A DNA stretch of 64,000 nucleotides, from NCBI GenBank assembly GCA_052139855.1, contig JBKQVS010000155.1, positions 2,183 to 66,182 of the forward strand, read 5' to 3'. The stretch is from Desulfobaccales bacterium. Lineage in GTDB: Bacteria > Desulfobacterota > Desulfobaccia > Desulfobaccales > 0-14-0-80-60-11. Positions 18,012 to 27,058 of this stretch are shown piece by piece. The translations under genes and the position numbers were made by a program. The notes under the pieces were generated by a model. It searched no databases, had not been told where the DNA came from, and saw nothing but the letters and a program-made list of their open reading frames with translations. Within the stretch, counting starts at the first letter, position 1; the number at the start of each line of letters is the position of its first letter.

Positions 18012-18080
18012 CGGGAAGATTCCCCTTCAACAGGCCCGGAATCGGGGAGAGGCCGGCACTGCCGCGCCCCCGCCTCCCGG

Positions 18081-18632
18081 CTATTTTATTTTCGCCTTGA
18101 TTTTCTTGAATACTGCCCCGGCGCTGTCAAAGACCCCGTCTTCCACCAGCAGCACCTTGCCGCCCTTATCTACCAGCACGGTGGTGGGGGTGCCGCTGAT
18201 ATGGAAAAGGTCAACGCCGATGGCCCAATCGGGATCGGTCACCATGGGGAAAGGCACTTTATAAGCGGCTTTGAACCGCTTTAAGGACGCCGCGTTATCG
18301 CTCTCGCCTACCGCAATAAACTTTACCTTGTCTCTGAGGTCCGAATTCGCCACCAGATTGTACAACCGGTTCACGACCGGTTCCTGGTCCACGCAGTGGG
18401 GTCAGGCGGTGCGCATGATTTCCATCAACACATACGGGGCCTTGATGTCCTGGAGGGTAAAGGCTCCCGGCTTTTCCAGGCCCAGATACTCCTGATCCGC
18501 TTCTGAAAGGCTGCCGGAGAACTTGAGATTGGCGACTTTTTGTTGCGGCGGGGCCGCCGACGCCAGGGAACTGCCAGCCAGCCAGATCATCAGGCAGCCG
18601 GCCAGGGCCATGAGCAGGGTTTTACGGTGCAT
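18081..18632 (-). CDS. Secreted thioredoxin-fold (TlpA/redoxin-like) selenoprotein with a U-P-H-C redox motif; in-frame UGA at 18402-18404
   Basis: ORFs 18402..18704 and 18081..18392 share one frame and are separated only by TGA plus 3 codons. The joined product ...APYVLMEIMRTA-U-PHCVDQEPVVN... aligns residue for residue with the neighbouring paralogue ...APYLLVEQFNTS-C-PHCMAQAPVMN.... The signal peptide starts at Met 18632, with an AAGGGGG Shine-Dalgarno. A hairpin lies 19 nt after the UGA. Confidence 0.7.
18364..18382 (-). promoter_or_regulatory. Candidate bacterial SECIS hairpin (AACCGGU-CGUGA-ACCGGUU)
   Basis: A perfect 7-bp stem begins 19 nt 3' of the in-frame UGA, and the apical loop contains GU. 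Position and size are compatible with bacterial SECIS elements. It has not been scored with a model. Confidence 0.5.
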
Positions 18633-18761
18633 ATTGCCCCCTTTGGGTCTCTCCATGGGTGAACTGCTGCCCTTTATCATAGTGTCAAAGGAGGGTGGCG
18701 TCAATCAGGCGGGACCGGGTCAGGCTGCCTCAACGGCTGGCCTGACCCGTTGATGGCGAGG

Positions 18762-19328
18762 TTATTTTACGACAGCTTTGATCTTCGCAAGCACTTCATC
18801 AGCGTTATCGAAGGCCCCGATATGGACGAACAGGATTTTGCCGGTCTTATCCAGGACGACCGTGACCGGGTAAGGGGTAAAATTCATGGCCTTGCCGAAG
18901 GAGTTGTCGGGGTCGGGCACCAGGGCGAAGGGCACCTTATGAAAAGCCTGCCACATCTTTATCTGGGGGACCTCATTGCCCTGTCCGGCGCCGACGAATT
19001 TCAGCTTGCCTTTCAGTTGCGGGTCCGCCTCGACCTTGGTGAACAGGACGTTCATCACCGGAGCCTGGGCCATGCAGTGCGGGCAGCTGGTATTGAACTG
19101 CTCCACCAGCAAATAGGGCGCTTTGACGTCCTTTAACGTAAAGGGCTCCGCCTTGGCCAGACCCAGATATTTAGCCCCTTCTTCGCTTACAGGCGCCTTG
19201 AATTTGGAGATCCCCACCGATTGGCCGACCACGGGATCCTTTTCTTGTGCTCCCGCCAGGGAAACTGCGCCCAGGAAACAAACCAGGGCCAGGATGCAAC
19301 TCAACACCAGTACCTTATTTTTCATCAT
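18762..19328 (-). CDS. Secreted thioredoxin-fold (TlpA/redoxin-like) thiol:disulfide oxidoreductase, Cys form (CPHC)
   Basis: 188 aa with a signal peptide and a CPHC motif. It is a full-length paralogue of the adjacent UGA-containing gene. Confidence 0.75.
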   Translation of the reverse strand: MMKNKVLVLSCILALVCFLGAVSLAGAQEKDPVVGQSVGISKFKAPVSEEGAKYLGLAKAEPFTLKDVKAPYLLVEQFNTSCPHCMAQAPVMNVLFTKVEADPQLKGKLKFVGAGQGNEVPQIKMWQAFHKVPFALVPDPDNSFGKAMNFTPYPVTVVLDKTGKILFVHIGAFDNADEVLAKIKAVVK

Positions 19329-19515
19329 GAAAAAGCCCCCTTTCTACTTTTAGCTGAATGATAAATCAACCTCCGCCAAAGGGCAAAAGAAAACCGCCTC
19401 TGGGGCGCTTTTTCGGCCAAATTTTTTGAGACTTTAGTAAAAAATCCCGGTTCCCCTTCCAGGTCCCGGGATAATTGCCGTAAGTTGCGTGGGTCCACCC
19501 CTCCGGCCGCCGCCC

Positions 19516-22413
19516 TCAAGCAAAAAAGCGCTCTTCCCGCCAATCCACCGGCACCCGGACCAGGGCCCCTTGCCGGTGCTCATAGACCAGATAACCGTGG
19601 CGCACCCCGTACTCGAAGAGGCGGAGGGTCAGAAGCACGTCCTGGCGGCAGTAGGATTCCAGCTCTTCCCATTTGCCCGCGGCATAGAGTTCCAGGGCGA
19701 GCAAACCGTCGCCGGTCTTTTTCTCCCCCAACGTCTTTTCCGCCAGGTGATTGAGGGACAGCCGGTGTCCCAGGAGGGCATGGACCTCTTCCAGGATGTC
19801 CAGGGTGGGCAGCTCCGCCAACGGCACCCTCGTGTAGGGCTGCAAGACCTGGTAATCGAAGCGTTTAATATTGAAGCCCACTATCAGGTCCAATTTCTTT
19901 AGGCGCTCCCCGAGGCGCTTCAAATCATGCTCCCGATAGGTGGTGGCGACTCCCGTATGGCTCTCGTGGACCACCACCAGCGACACCCCCATGCGGTGGC
20001 ACTGGCCCCAACCCCCCACGTCCGCCGCGGAACAGCAGGTTTCCAGGTCAAGAACACCGATCTTCCGGTTCCGGAACCAGGGAATTTCCGTCTCCGCCTC
20101 CGGTACGGGTTCGGCCGCCGCCTCCGGCGCCGCCGCGATCTGGACCTCCGCCGGCGGCTCCACCTCTTCTTCGCCCAGCAGCAGCGCCGCGATCTTCACG
20201 GTCGATTCCTTGTCCAGGGGCTTGTTGCCCGAGCCGCACTTGGGCGAGTGGATGCACGACGGGCAGCCGTCCTCGCAGGGACAGGCGGTGGTAAGCGACA
20301 GGGCGCGCCGCATTAGGTCCTCCAGAATCTCGTAGGCCCGGACCGACAGACCCACTCCGCCGGGATAGCCGTCATAGATGAAGATGGCCGCCCGGCCCAC
20401 CTGGGGATGCGCCGGATGCGAGATGCCGCCGATGTCGTAGCGGTCCGCCAGGGCAAAGAGCGGGAACATGCTGATCAGGACGTGCTCCAGGGCGTGGATG
20501 CCCCCCATGAAATGAAGTCCGGCGGCATAAAGGGCGTACTTCACCGGGGCCGGGATTTCCAGCCACATGCCCACGGTTTCGAAGATCTGGGGGGGCAGCT
20601 CCAGGGAGACCTGGCCCAGAAGCTCCTGGCCCGGCAGCCGCCGCTTTTCATAGCTCAACAGGTGCTCGGTGACCTTGAGCCGCCCGATGTGGGCCGTGAA
20701 CCGGGCCACCTGGCGGGTCGCCAGCACCTCCAGGATCTCCGTCTCCTTGTCTGTCTGGATGCGGGTGAAATAGTTGGGCTCGATGGGGTTGACCCAAACG
20801 TTACGCCGGGCCAGGTCCAATTTCTCCACCACCCAGGTCTGGGCCTTGTGGAGGTAAATCGCCCCGGGGTGGCACTCCCTGAGCGCCCGATGGCCGTCAA
20901 TGGAGCCCAGGGGGCGCTTCTTGCCCGTCTGGAAAATGGCGAAGCTCTCCCCGATCCCCCGGATATTCACTTCCTTCTGGGGGAAGCGGGAGCGGGCGAA
21001 CCAGGCGTCCCCCGCGGCGGAATGCAGCAGGTGGCGCTCCCGGGCTAGTTCGGCAATCACCGGTTCGTGCGCCTTGAGGTCGAAAAAGGTCTCGCTCCGG
21101 GTATTGAGCGGCAATTCCTGGGCCGCACAGGGCAGGTGGGCCTTTACCACAAAACGGTTGTCCGGGTCCACCACCGCGGTTTCCATGGGCCGCCCGAAAA
21201 ACTCCTCCGGGTACTTGATGAAGTACTGGTCCAGGGCGTCGGCCTGGGCCACCATAACGATGAGGGAGTCCCGGCCCTGGCGCCCCACCCGGCCGGCCCG
21301 CTGCCAAGTGGTCACCATGGTGCCGGGATAGCCCACCAGGATGCAGACGTCCAGGCCGCCGATGTCGATGCCCATCTCCAGCGCACTGGTGGAAATCACG
21401 CCCTTCATCGTGCCGCTGGCCAGGGCCCGCTCGATCTCCCGGCGCTCCTCCGGCAAAAACCCGGCCCGGTAGGAGCTGATGAACCGGCGCATCTCCGGCG
21501 CCAGCCGCTGGGACCAGACATGGATCAGTTCGGTCAGCTTCCGGGCCTGGGTGAAGCAGATGGTGTTGAGACCCTTCCTGATCGCCTGGGCAAAGATCTG
21601 GGACGCGGTGACCGGTGCGCCGCCCGGGGGATTAAGGAACAAAAAGTGCCGCCCTGACTGGGGCGCGCCGCTTTCCGTGATGACTTCCACATCAAAGCCG
21701 GTAAGCATCTTGACGAAAAGATCGGGCTGGGCGATGGTGGCGGAGGACAGCAAAAATTGCGGCTGCGAGCCATAATGCGCGCAAATCCGCCGCAGGCGCC
21801 GCAGCACCTGGGCCATGTGGCTGCCCATGATGCCCCGGTAGGTGTGGACTTCGTCGATCACTACGAACTTCAGCCGGGCAAAGAAGCCGGACCACGAGGC
21901 GTGATAGGGCATGAGCCCCATGTGGAGCATATCCGGGTTGCTGATGACCACGTGCGGCGGCTGCGCCTTGATGGCCTGGCGCTGCGCCGGGGGCGTGTCG
22001 CCGTCATAAATGGCCGCACTCAGGGTAGGGTAGGGCAGGGCCCCGTCCAGCTCCTGGAGGGCCTTGAGCTGGTCTTGCTCCAGCGCCTTCAGGGGAAAAA
22101 GATACAGGGCGTGTCCCCGGGGTTCGGCCAGGAGCGACTCCAATACCGGCAAATTATAAATCAGGGTCTTGCCGCTGGCCGTGGGAGTGGCCACCAGCAG
22201 GTTCTTGCCCGCCCGGATGTGCGCCAGGGCCTCTCCCTGATGACGGTAAAGCCGGGGAATTCCCAGATGCTCCAAAGCCGCCATCACCGCCGGCGACAGC
22301 CCCTGGTCCCCCACCGCATACTCTACCGGCTTCTCAGGCAAGTAATGATAATGCCCGAGAATATCTCGGTATTCTGCATTTTCTTTCAGTGAATTTATGA
22401 AATCCAGGAGCAT
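19516..22413 (-). CDS. MrfA/YprA-like DEAD/DEAH-box helicase with DUF1998 zinc domain, fused to a C-terminal RNase-H-fold (YprB/MrfB-like) exonuclease
   Basis: Motif I TPTASGKT and motif II VIDEVH are present. The DUF1998 Cys cluster is ACPCEDGCPSCIHSPKCG. After a Pro/Ala/Glu linker comes an exonuclease-like module (IGVLDLET...GFNIKRFDYQ...YCRQDV). The likely start is MLLDFINSL at 22413; the track ORF extends to 22512 through repeat sequence. Confidence 0.8.
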   Translation of the reverse strand: MLLDFINSLKENAEYRDILGHYHYLPEKPVEYAVGDQGLSPAVMAALEHLGIPRLYRHQGEALAHIRAGKNLLVATPTASGKTLIYNLPVLESLLAEPRGHALYLFPLKALEQDQLKALQELDGALPYPTLSAAIYDGDTPPAQRQAIKAQPPHVVISNPDMLHMGLMPYHASWSGFFARLKFVVIDEVHTYRGIMGSHMAQVLRRLRRICAHYGSQPQFLLSSATIAQPDLFVKMLTGFDVEVITESGAPQSGRHFLFLNPPGGAPVTASQIFAQAIRKGLNTICFTQARKLTELIHVWSQRLAPEMRRFISSYRAGFLPEERREIERALASGTMKGVISTSALEMGIDIGGLDVCILVGYPGTMVTTWQRAGRVGRQGRDSLIVMVAQADALDQYFIKYPEEFFGRPMETAVVDPDNRFVVKAHLPCAAQELPLNTRSETFFDLKAHEPVIAELARERHLLHSAAGDAWFARSRFPQKEVNIRGIGESFAIFQTGKKRPLGSIDGHRALRECHPGAIYLHKAQTWVVEKLDLARRNVWVNPIEPNYFTRIQTDKETEILEVLATRQVARFTAHIGRLKVTEHLLSYEKRRLPGQELLGQVSLELPPQIFETVGMWLEIPAPVKYALYAAGLHFMGGIHALEHVLISMFPLFALADRYDIGGISHPAHPQVGRAAIFIYDGYPGGVGLSVRAYEILEDLMRRALSLTTACPCEDGCPSCIHSPKCGSGNKPLDKESTVKIAALLLGEEEVEPPAEVQIAAAPEAAAEPVPEAETEIPWFRNRKIGVLDLETCCSAADVGGWGQCHRMGVSLVVVHESHTGVATTYREHDLKRLGERLKKLDLIVGFNIKRFDYQVLQPYTRVPLAELPTLDILEEVHALLGHRLSLNHLAEKTLGEKKTGDGLLALELYAAGKWEELESYCRQDVLLTLRLFEYGVRHGYLVYEHRQGALVRVPVDWREERFFA

Positions 22414-22418
22414 GGGAT

Positions 22419-22441
22419 GGTTTTCGGTTTCCGGTTTTTCT
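22419..22441 (-). repeat. Heptad repeat (GAAAAAC CGGAAAC CGAAAAC) immediately upstream of the helicase start
   Basis: Read on the minus strand. It ends 5 nt before ATG 22413 and is related to the RAACCCR heptads elsewhere in the window. Confidence 0.55.
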
Positions 22442-22525
22442 CGTTCCCAAGTTGCACTTGGGAACGAATTTGGAGCCCAAGCCCAGCTTGGGCACATTAT
22501 AACCATTCCCAAGCCCAGCTTGGAA
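22442..22525. repeat. Three tandem REP-like hairpins of the CCCAAG...CTTGGG family
   Basis: CGTTCCCAAG-ttgca-CTTGGGAACG (22442-22466), GCCCAAGC-cca-GCTTGGGC (22475-22493), and TTCCCAAGC-cca-GCTTGGAA (22506-22525). Confidence 0.75.
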
Positions 22526-22620
22526 ACGAGGAGATCATAGCAAAGATACTAAGCGGCGCGGCCTAAAACCTGCGGCTACAAAAACTGACTACTGGCAACT
22601 GACCACTGGCAACTGCCCCC

Positions 22621-23742
22621 TCACTTCGTTCCCACGTCGATATGTTCCCAGTCGGTATTATAGCCCGGGTAGGACCATGACTGGGGGATACGGCAGCCCA
22701 TCCAGCTCGCGGCCTGATAGACCCACATGGGCAGTTGCCGGGCGTCCAGTTTATGCATTGCGTCCCGGTTATATTGCCGGATCGCCCGGCTGATGGGGTT
22801 AGGGGTGCCGTCCACCACCCCGGGATAGTTGGAATCATTGAAGTCTATGGCCAGGCCCAGGCGGTGATTGGACCCCGGCGCGTGGCGGCCGTGGTAGATA
22901 TCCGCCAGGCTGTTATAGGTGTATTGGGCCACGGTGGCCGCCATGGAGCTCCCCTCGCAGTCGGGAAAGGTCAGGCATTCCACGGTTATCGGCCCCGAGG
23001 CGGCGGCGCTCACCGCGTAAGTGTCTTCCCCCATCCGCAGCGACAACAGCGGCACCCGCCGGGTGCTGTCGTACCAGCCTTCCCGGAAGATGTATTCCAC
23101 CAGCAGCGCCGCCAGGGGGGCGAACTTGCTATTTACCTCCACCTGGATCGCAGCCACGCGGTAGTCGGCCTTATGATTGACCTCAGCCATGGTCCGCACG
23201 AACCAGACATAGCCTGAAGGCCGGGGCGTGGCCAGGGCCACCGTCTGCCACTTCTTTTCGAAGCCGCTGTAGGTCTTGAGGCGCTGGGCCCGGGCCGGGA
23301 TCCACACCGGGACCTCCAGGGTCACGCCCACCTGGTCGCCTCCGGGCCAGCGGCGGTGGCGCACGTCTTCCCAGGAGACTTCCTGTCCCGGCCCCAGCAG
23401 GTTCAGGGTTTCATGGCGCAGGTCCACCAGGCGCCCCACTCCCAGGAGGCGCTTGGCCAGGGCCACTTTCTGGATGAAATCTATCTCCCGGTCCCGTTGC
23501 AGCATCTCGGGCGCGTAGGTCAGGGCCACCCGGCGCACAATGCTGGACGTTTGCGGGGCCTGGGTGGCCTCCATGATGCGGGGATGAGGCGGCGGGGCAG
23601 GGGAGTCGGCGCTCCGGGTGACTGTGGCGGGAAAAATTCCCCCGGGGAGGATAATCGCCAGACAGATCGCCAGGACCGGTAACGTCAGGGCAGACCGAAA
23701 TCGCATGGCTGTAATTGTATGTGAGGCGGGCAGGGCCGTCAA
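22621..23742 (-). CDS. Secreted protein with a C-terminal LAS-type (peptidase M15-like) zinc-peptidase signature
   Basis: 373 aa with a signal peptide. H-x6-D (NHRLGLAID) and a distal His (TDWEHIDVG) resemble the HxxxxxxD...H metal triad of VanY/M15 D,D- or L,D-peptidases. The N-terminal ~270 aa are unassigned. Confidence 0.5.
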   Translation of the reverse strand: MTALPASHTITAMRFRSALTLPVLAICLAIILPGGIFPATVTRSADSPAPPPHPRIMEATQAPQTSSIVRRVALTYAPEMLQRDREIDFIQKVALAKRLLGVGRLVDLRHETLNLLGPGQEVSWEDVRHRRWPGGDQVGVTLEVPVWIPARAQRLKTYSGFEKKWQTVALATPRPSGYVWFVRTMAEVNHKADYRVAAIQVEVNSKFAPLAALLVEYIFREGWYDSTRRVPLLSLRMGEDTYAVSAAASGPITVECLTFPDCEGSSMAATVAQYTYNSLADIYHGRHAPGSNHRLGLAIDFNDSNYPGVVDGTPNPISRAIRQYNRDAMHKLDARQLPMWVYQAASWMGCRIPQSWSYPGYNTDWEHIDVGTK

Positions 23743-23933
23743 TGCGAGAATGACCTGGCGTCGCGCCCGCTTCGACCCCGCGCCACCAATTTATAATATT
23801 GCTCTAACCTCATTTAATAATTGTTAATATTTTTCTAGCTCACTTCTACTAAACCTCAAGCCGAGTTCAAATAATTAAGGATTATTGTCCTCTTCAAGAA
23901 GGCATAAAAATTAATTCGAGAGGAGGACAGTTT

Positions 23934-24224
23934 ATGGGATCTAAACTTTCAAAGGGGTTGCTTCTGGTGGCCGCAGCCATCCTCTGCTTCTCATCCGTTG
24001 CCTGGGCAGGTGATGCAAAACTGCTTTGCATTTCCAAGGCAAATCTAAAGGGAGAGGAGACAGTGAACTCATGCCTTACCAAAGGCGAACGCTTCGCGAT
24101 TGTGGATGAATATGGCCTCGTTCGCATCTTGCAACCGGAGGAAGTGGAATTGTCCAAGGCCTTTAACCCCAAGGTCTTTGAGCAGCGGGCCTATGGTATG
24201 CGGTACGAAAAAACTCCTGAATAA
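23934..24224 (+). CDS. Small secreted hypothetical protein
   Basis: 96 aa. GAGGAGGA Shine-Dalgarno 7 nt upstream, a signal peptide (LLLVAAAILCFSSVAWA), and a 10-bp stem-loop at 24282-24309 downstream. It lies in a lower-GC stretch. Confidence 0.4.
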   Translation: MGSKLSKGLLLVAAAILCFSSVAWAGDAKLLCISKANLKGEETVNSCLTKGERFAIVDEYGLVRILQPEEVELSKAFNPKVFEQRAYGMRYEKTPE

Positions 24225-24371
24225 ATTTAGTGGAAATAATCTAGTTGTCGTGGCGCTCCCTGAACTCCCTTCGGATAAGAAACGGGCTATGATGGGAGCC
24301 ATAGCCCGTCTCGAATGGCCTGTCTCCAGGACCACATTTTTGGTTAGTCATAATTCATCAATTGCTGATCA

Positions 24372-24611
24372 ATGCCTTTACATCAATATCATTGCATAGA
24401 TTGTGCTGGTTGGACTCAGCAGATGGTGAACCACACTTGCCGAAGAGAGCTGGTGGCCATGTTCATGGAAAGTCCCTTTTACTTCGAGCTGTCGCTCCGG
24501 GAACGCCTTACCCTTGTAAAGCGGCACGAGTGGCGCTGTTCCCACTGCGACGGACGGACCCACTGCACCGTTACCAGGACGGTTGCCCTCTATTATCAAT
24601 ACGGGCCGTAA
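24372..24611 (+). CDS. Hypothetical Cys-rich small protein (possible zinc ribbon)
   Basis: 79 aa with CIDC...CSHC pairs. No recognisable family and weak support. Confidence 0.3.
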   Translation: MPLHQYHCIDCAGWTQQMVNHTCRRELVAMFMESPFYFELSLRERLTLVKRHEWRCSHCDGRTHCTVTRTVALYYQYGP

Positions 24612-24658
24612 CGTCTCGTGCAGATCAACCCCGTTTGACCCGGCCTTTCTCCGGCTGA

Positions 24659-25849
24659 TTACTCCGCCTCCAATATGAAACACTTCAAATAGAGACTCTC
24701 CGGCAAGGACAAGAGCGCCGGGTGGTCCTTGGCCGCGCCCCGGCGTTCCACCAGCCTGGCCTGGCGGTGGGCATCGGCCGCCGCGGCCCGCACGATCTCC
24801 AAAAACTCCGGCTCACTCAGGTTATACGAGCAGGAACAGGTGACCAGGACGCCCCCGGGGTTCAAAAGCTGAAAGGCCCGGCGGTTGATCTCCTTATACC
24901 CCTTGACGGCCCCCTCCCGGTCCCGACGGCTCTTGGCAAAGGCCGGCGGGTCCAGGGAAATAAGGTCGAAGCGCCGGCCCGCCGCCACCGCCTCCTTCAG
25001 GAAACCAAAGACGTTGGCCTTGACCAGGTCCAGATTCTCATAGCCATTGAGGCTTGCATTGTCCTTGGCCATGCCTAAGGCTGCGCCCGAGCTCTCCACC
25101 AGGGTGACCCGCTGGGCCCCGGGGGCCAGGTGCATGGCAAAACCGCCCTGGTAGGCGAAGGCGTCCAGGACTTCCCCCCGGGAAAAGGCCGCCGCGGCCA
25201 GGCGGTTTTCCCGCTGGTCCAGAAACAGCCCGGTCTTCTGGCCGCCCCGGATATCCACCCACAGCCTTACGAGTCCCTCACGGATTTCCACCCGGTCCGG
25301 CAGTTCGCCCAAAACCGTTTGGACGGAAAGGGGCAGCCCCTCCTGGAGCCTCACCTCGGCATCGTGGCGAAGAGTCAGGGAGGCTGGCGACAGGTGCGCC
25401 ACCAAGAGCTCGATGATCTCCGGCAGCCGCCGCTCCATGCCGGGATGCAGGGTTTGCAGGACCAGATGCCCGGCATAGGAATCCGCCACCAGGCCGGGAA
25501 AGCCGTCCGTCTCGCCAAAGATCAGCCGAAACGCGTCGGTATCCGCCACCACCCGCCGCCGATAGTCCAGAGCCCGTTTGAGCCGGCCCTCCCAAAAGTC
25601 ACGGTCCACCGGCTCGTCGCTCAGGGTCACTATTCTTAAGGCGATGCGGGACGCGGCGCTGTAAAAGGCCTGGCCCAGAAAACGGCCTGACAGGTCGGCC
25701 ACGGCCACCAGGTCGCCCGAAGGAATTTCCGGCTGGCCTTCCAGGTCATTGCGGTAGACCCAGGGGTGCCCGGTGCGGCGCCACCTGACTCCCTTGGCCG
25801 TTAACCGAACCATCCCCAGGGGGCTGGGGCCCGGCGTTCCGTTCTGCAT
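24659..25849 (-). CDS. Class I SAM-dependent rRNA methyltransferase (RlmI-like, PUA + MTase)
   Basis: 396 aa. The N-terminus has GHPWVYRNDL (PUA-type). SAM motif VLDAFAYQGGF and motif IV (DLISLDPPAF) are present. Confidence 0.8.
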   Translation of the reverse strand: MQNGTPGPSPLGMVRLTAKGVRWRRTGHPWVYRNDLEGQPEIPSGDLVAVADLSGRFLGQAFYSAASRIALRIVTLSDEPVDRDFWEGRLKRALDYRRRVVADTDAFRLIFGETDGFPGLVADSYAGHLVLQTLHPGMERRLPEIIELLVAHLSPASLTLRHDAEVRLQEGLPLSVQTVLGELPDRVEIREGLVRLWVDIRGGQKTGLFLDQRENRLAAAAFSRGEVLDAFAYQGGFAMHLAPGAQRVTLVESSGAALGMAKDNASLNGYENLDLVKANVFGFLKEAVAAGRRFDLISLDPPAFAKSRRDREGAVKGYKEINRRAFQLLNPGGVLVTCSCSYNLSEPEFLEIVRAAAADAHRQARLVERRGAAKDHPALLSLPESLYLKCFILEAE

Positions 25850-25967
25850 GACTCTCTCCGGTATCGTGGGCTCAGGCGTATTTATTGAGCCGTTTTAGTA
25901 AGATAGAAGGGTAGGGGAGGGACGCGGCCGGTCAGGCGCCGTCGGCACCTCTGGTATCCAAACGCTG

Positions 25968-26345
25968 TCACTGCTGCAATTCCCGGAGTTCCGCGACCTT
26001 TTTGCGGACGAACCTGGCGGCGAACTCGGCGTGCCCGAAATAAGTGGGCGCCAGGGCCAGAATCCTCTCTTGCATCTCCTTCAGGAGGACCGGGGCTTCA
26101 GACGCGGCAATAAAGTTGCGCTCCTCCGTGTGAGAGAAAATAATTTCCTCACCCAGGGCCTCCACCAGCGGCGCCGTGTGTAGTTTCAACTCGGGCGGCA
26201 GCGTCTCGGCCCGCACGGGAATGGCTATCCGGGCCTCCAGGCGCACAAACCACCGGTCGCCTACCAGCGGCCGGGAGTAATCCCAGAACTCCAGGGTCAG
26301 CCCGTTGTCCAGAGGCTGCCGGTCAAGCAATCGTGGGGAGCTCAT
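25968..26345 (-). CDS. Hypothetical protein
   Basis: 125-aa ORF with balanced, non-low-complexity composition. No motif recognised. Confidence 0.45.
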   Translation of the reverse strand: MSSPRLLDRQPLDNGLTLEFWDYSRPLVGDRWFVRLEARIAIPVRAETLPPELKLHTAPLVEALGEEIIFSHTEERNFIAASEAPVLLKEMQERILALAPTYFGHAEFAARFVRKKVAELRELQQ

Positions 26346-26447
26346 CGCCCTCCTTCAACGCAGTTTTTCATTGCGGTTCAATCCCGCGATCAATTAGGGT
26401 ATGGTATAATTCCTGTGACTATAGCAAAACCAGACCAAAGGTGCACC

Positions 26448-27026
26448 ATGCGGCGCAAAACCTGGATCATTGCAGTAGCCATCGTGGTCCTGGGCGGGGC
26501 CATGGCCGGAGGCCTCTACTGGCGATGGGCCAACTCTCCCCGCTACGCCTTGCAGCAGGCGGCCCTGGCCCTGGAAACCAGGGACATGCCTAAGTTTTTT
26601 AACTATCTGGATTTAAAGGAGATATTAAATAATTTCATCTCGGCTTCCAGCAAGGACCTGGATACCCCGGCAGACCAACCGGCCGATGACTGGACCCGGT
26701 ATTCCCGGCAAATGGGCCGCAAATTCGCCCATCTTTTCTTGCCGAAAATCTTTGAGGCCTTCGAGACCCAGATACGCGGGGTCATAGAACGTTATCTGCT
26801 TAATCTGAACAACTCCCAGATCCTGGCCATCGCCGCGGCCGCCACCGTGGCCCGGATCGACACCCGGGATGATGAGGCCTCGGTGACCTTGACCGATCCC
26901 AAGACCAAGGATATCTTTCGCTTTCAAATGCGCCGCCAACTCAACCATGGTGACTGGCGGATCGTCTCGGTGAATTATGATGATCTCAAAAGATTCACCA
27001 AACGAGAATTTCACCCTAAACCATAA
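26448..27026 (+). CDS. Membrane-anchored hypothetical protein (DUF2939-like pattern)
   Basis: Likely start MRRKTWIIAV (ATG 26448), with one N-terminal TM helix. The SPRYALQQAALALETRDMPKFFNYLD pattern recalls DUF2939, but that match is from memory only. Confidence 0.5.
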   Translation: MRRKTWIIAVAIVVLGGAMAGGLYWRWANSPRYALQQAALALETRDMPKFFNYLDLKEILNNFISASSKDLDTPADQPADDWTRYSRQMGRKFAHLFLPKIFEAFETQIRGVIERYLLNLNNSQILAIAAAATVARIDTRDDEASVTLTDPKTKDIFRFQMRRQLNHGDWRIVSVNYDDLKRFTKREFHPKP

Positions 27027-27058
27027 CGTCTGATAATATATATTATGTCAACTAAGGT

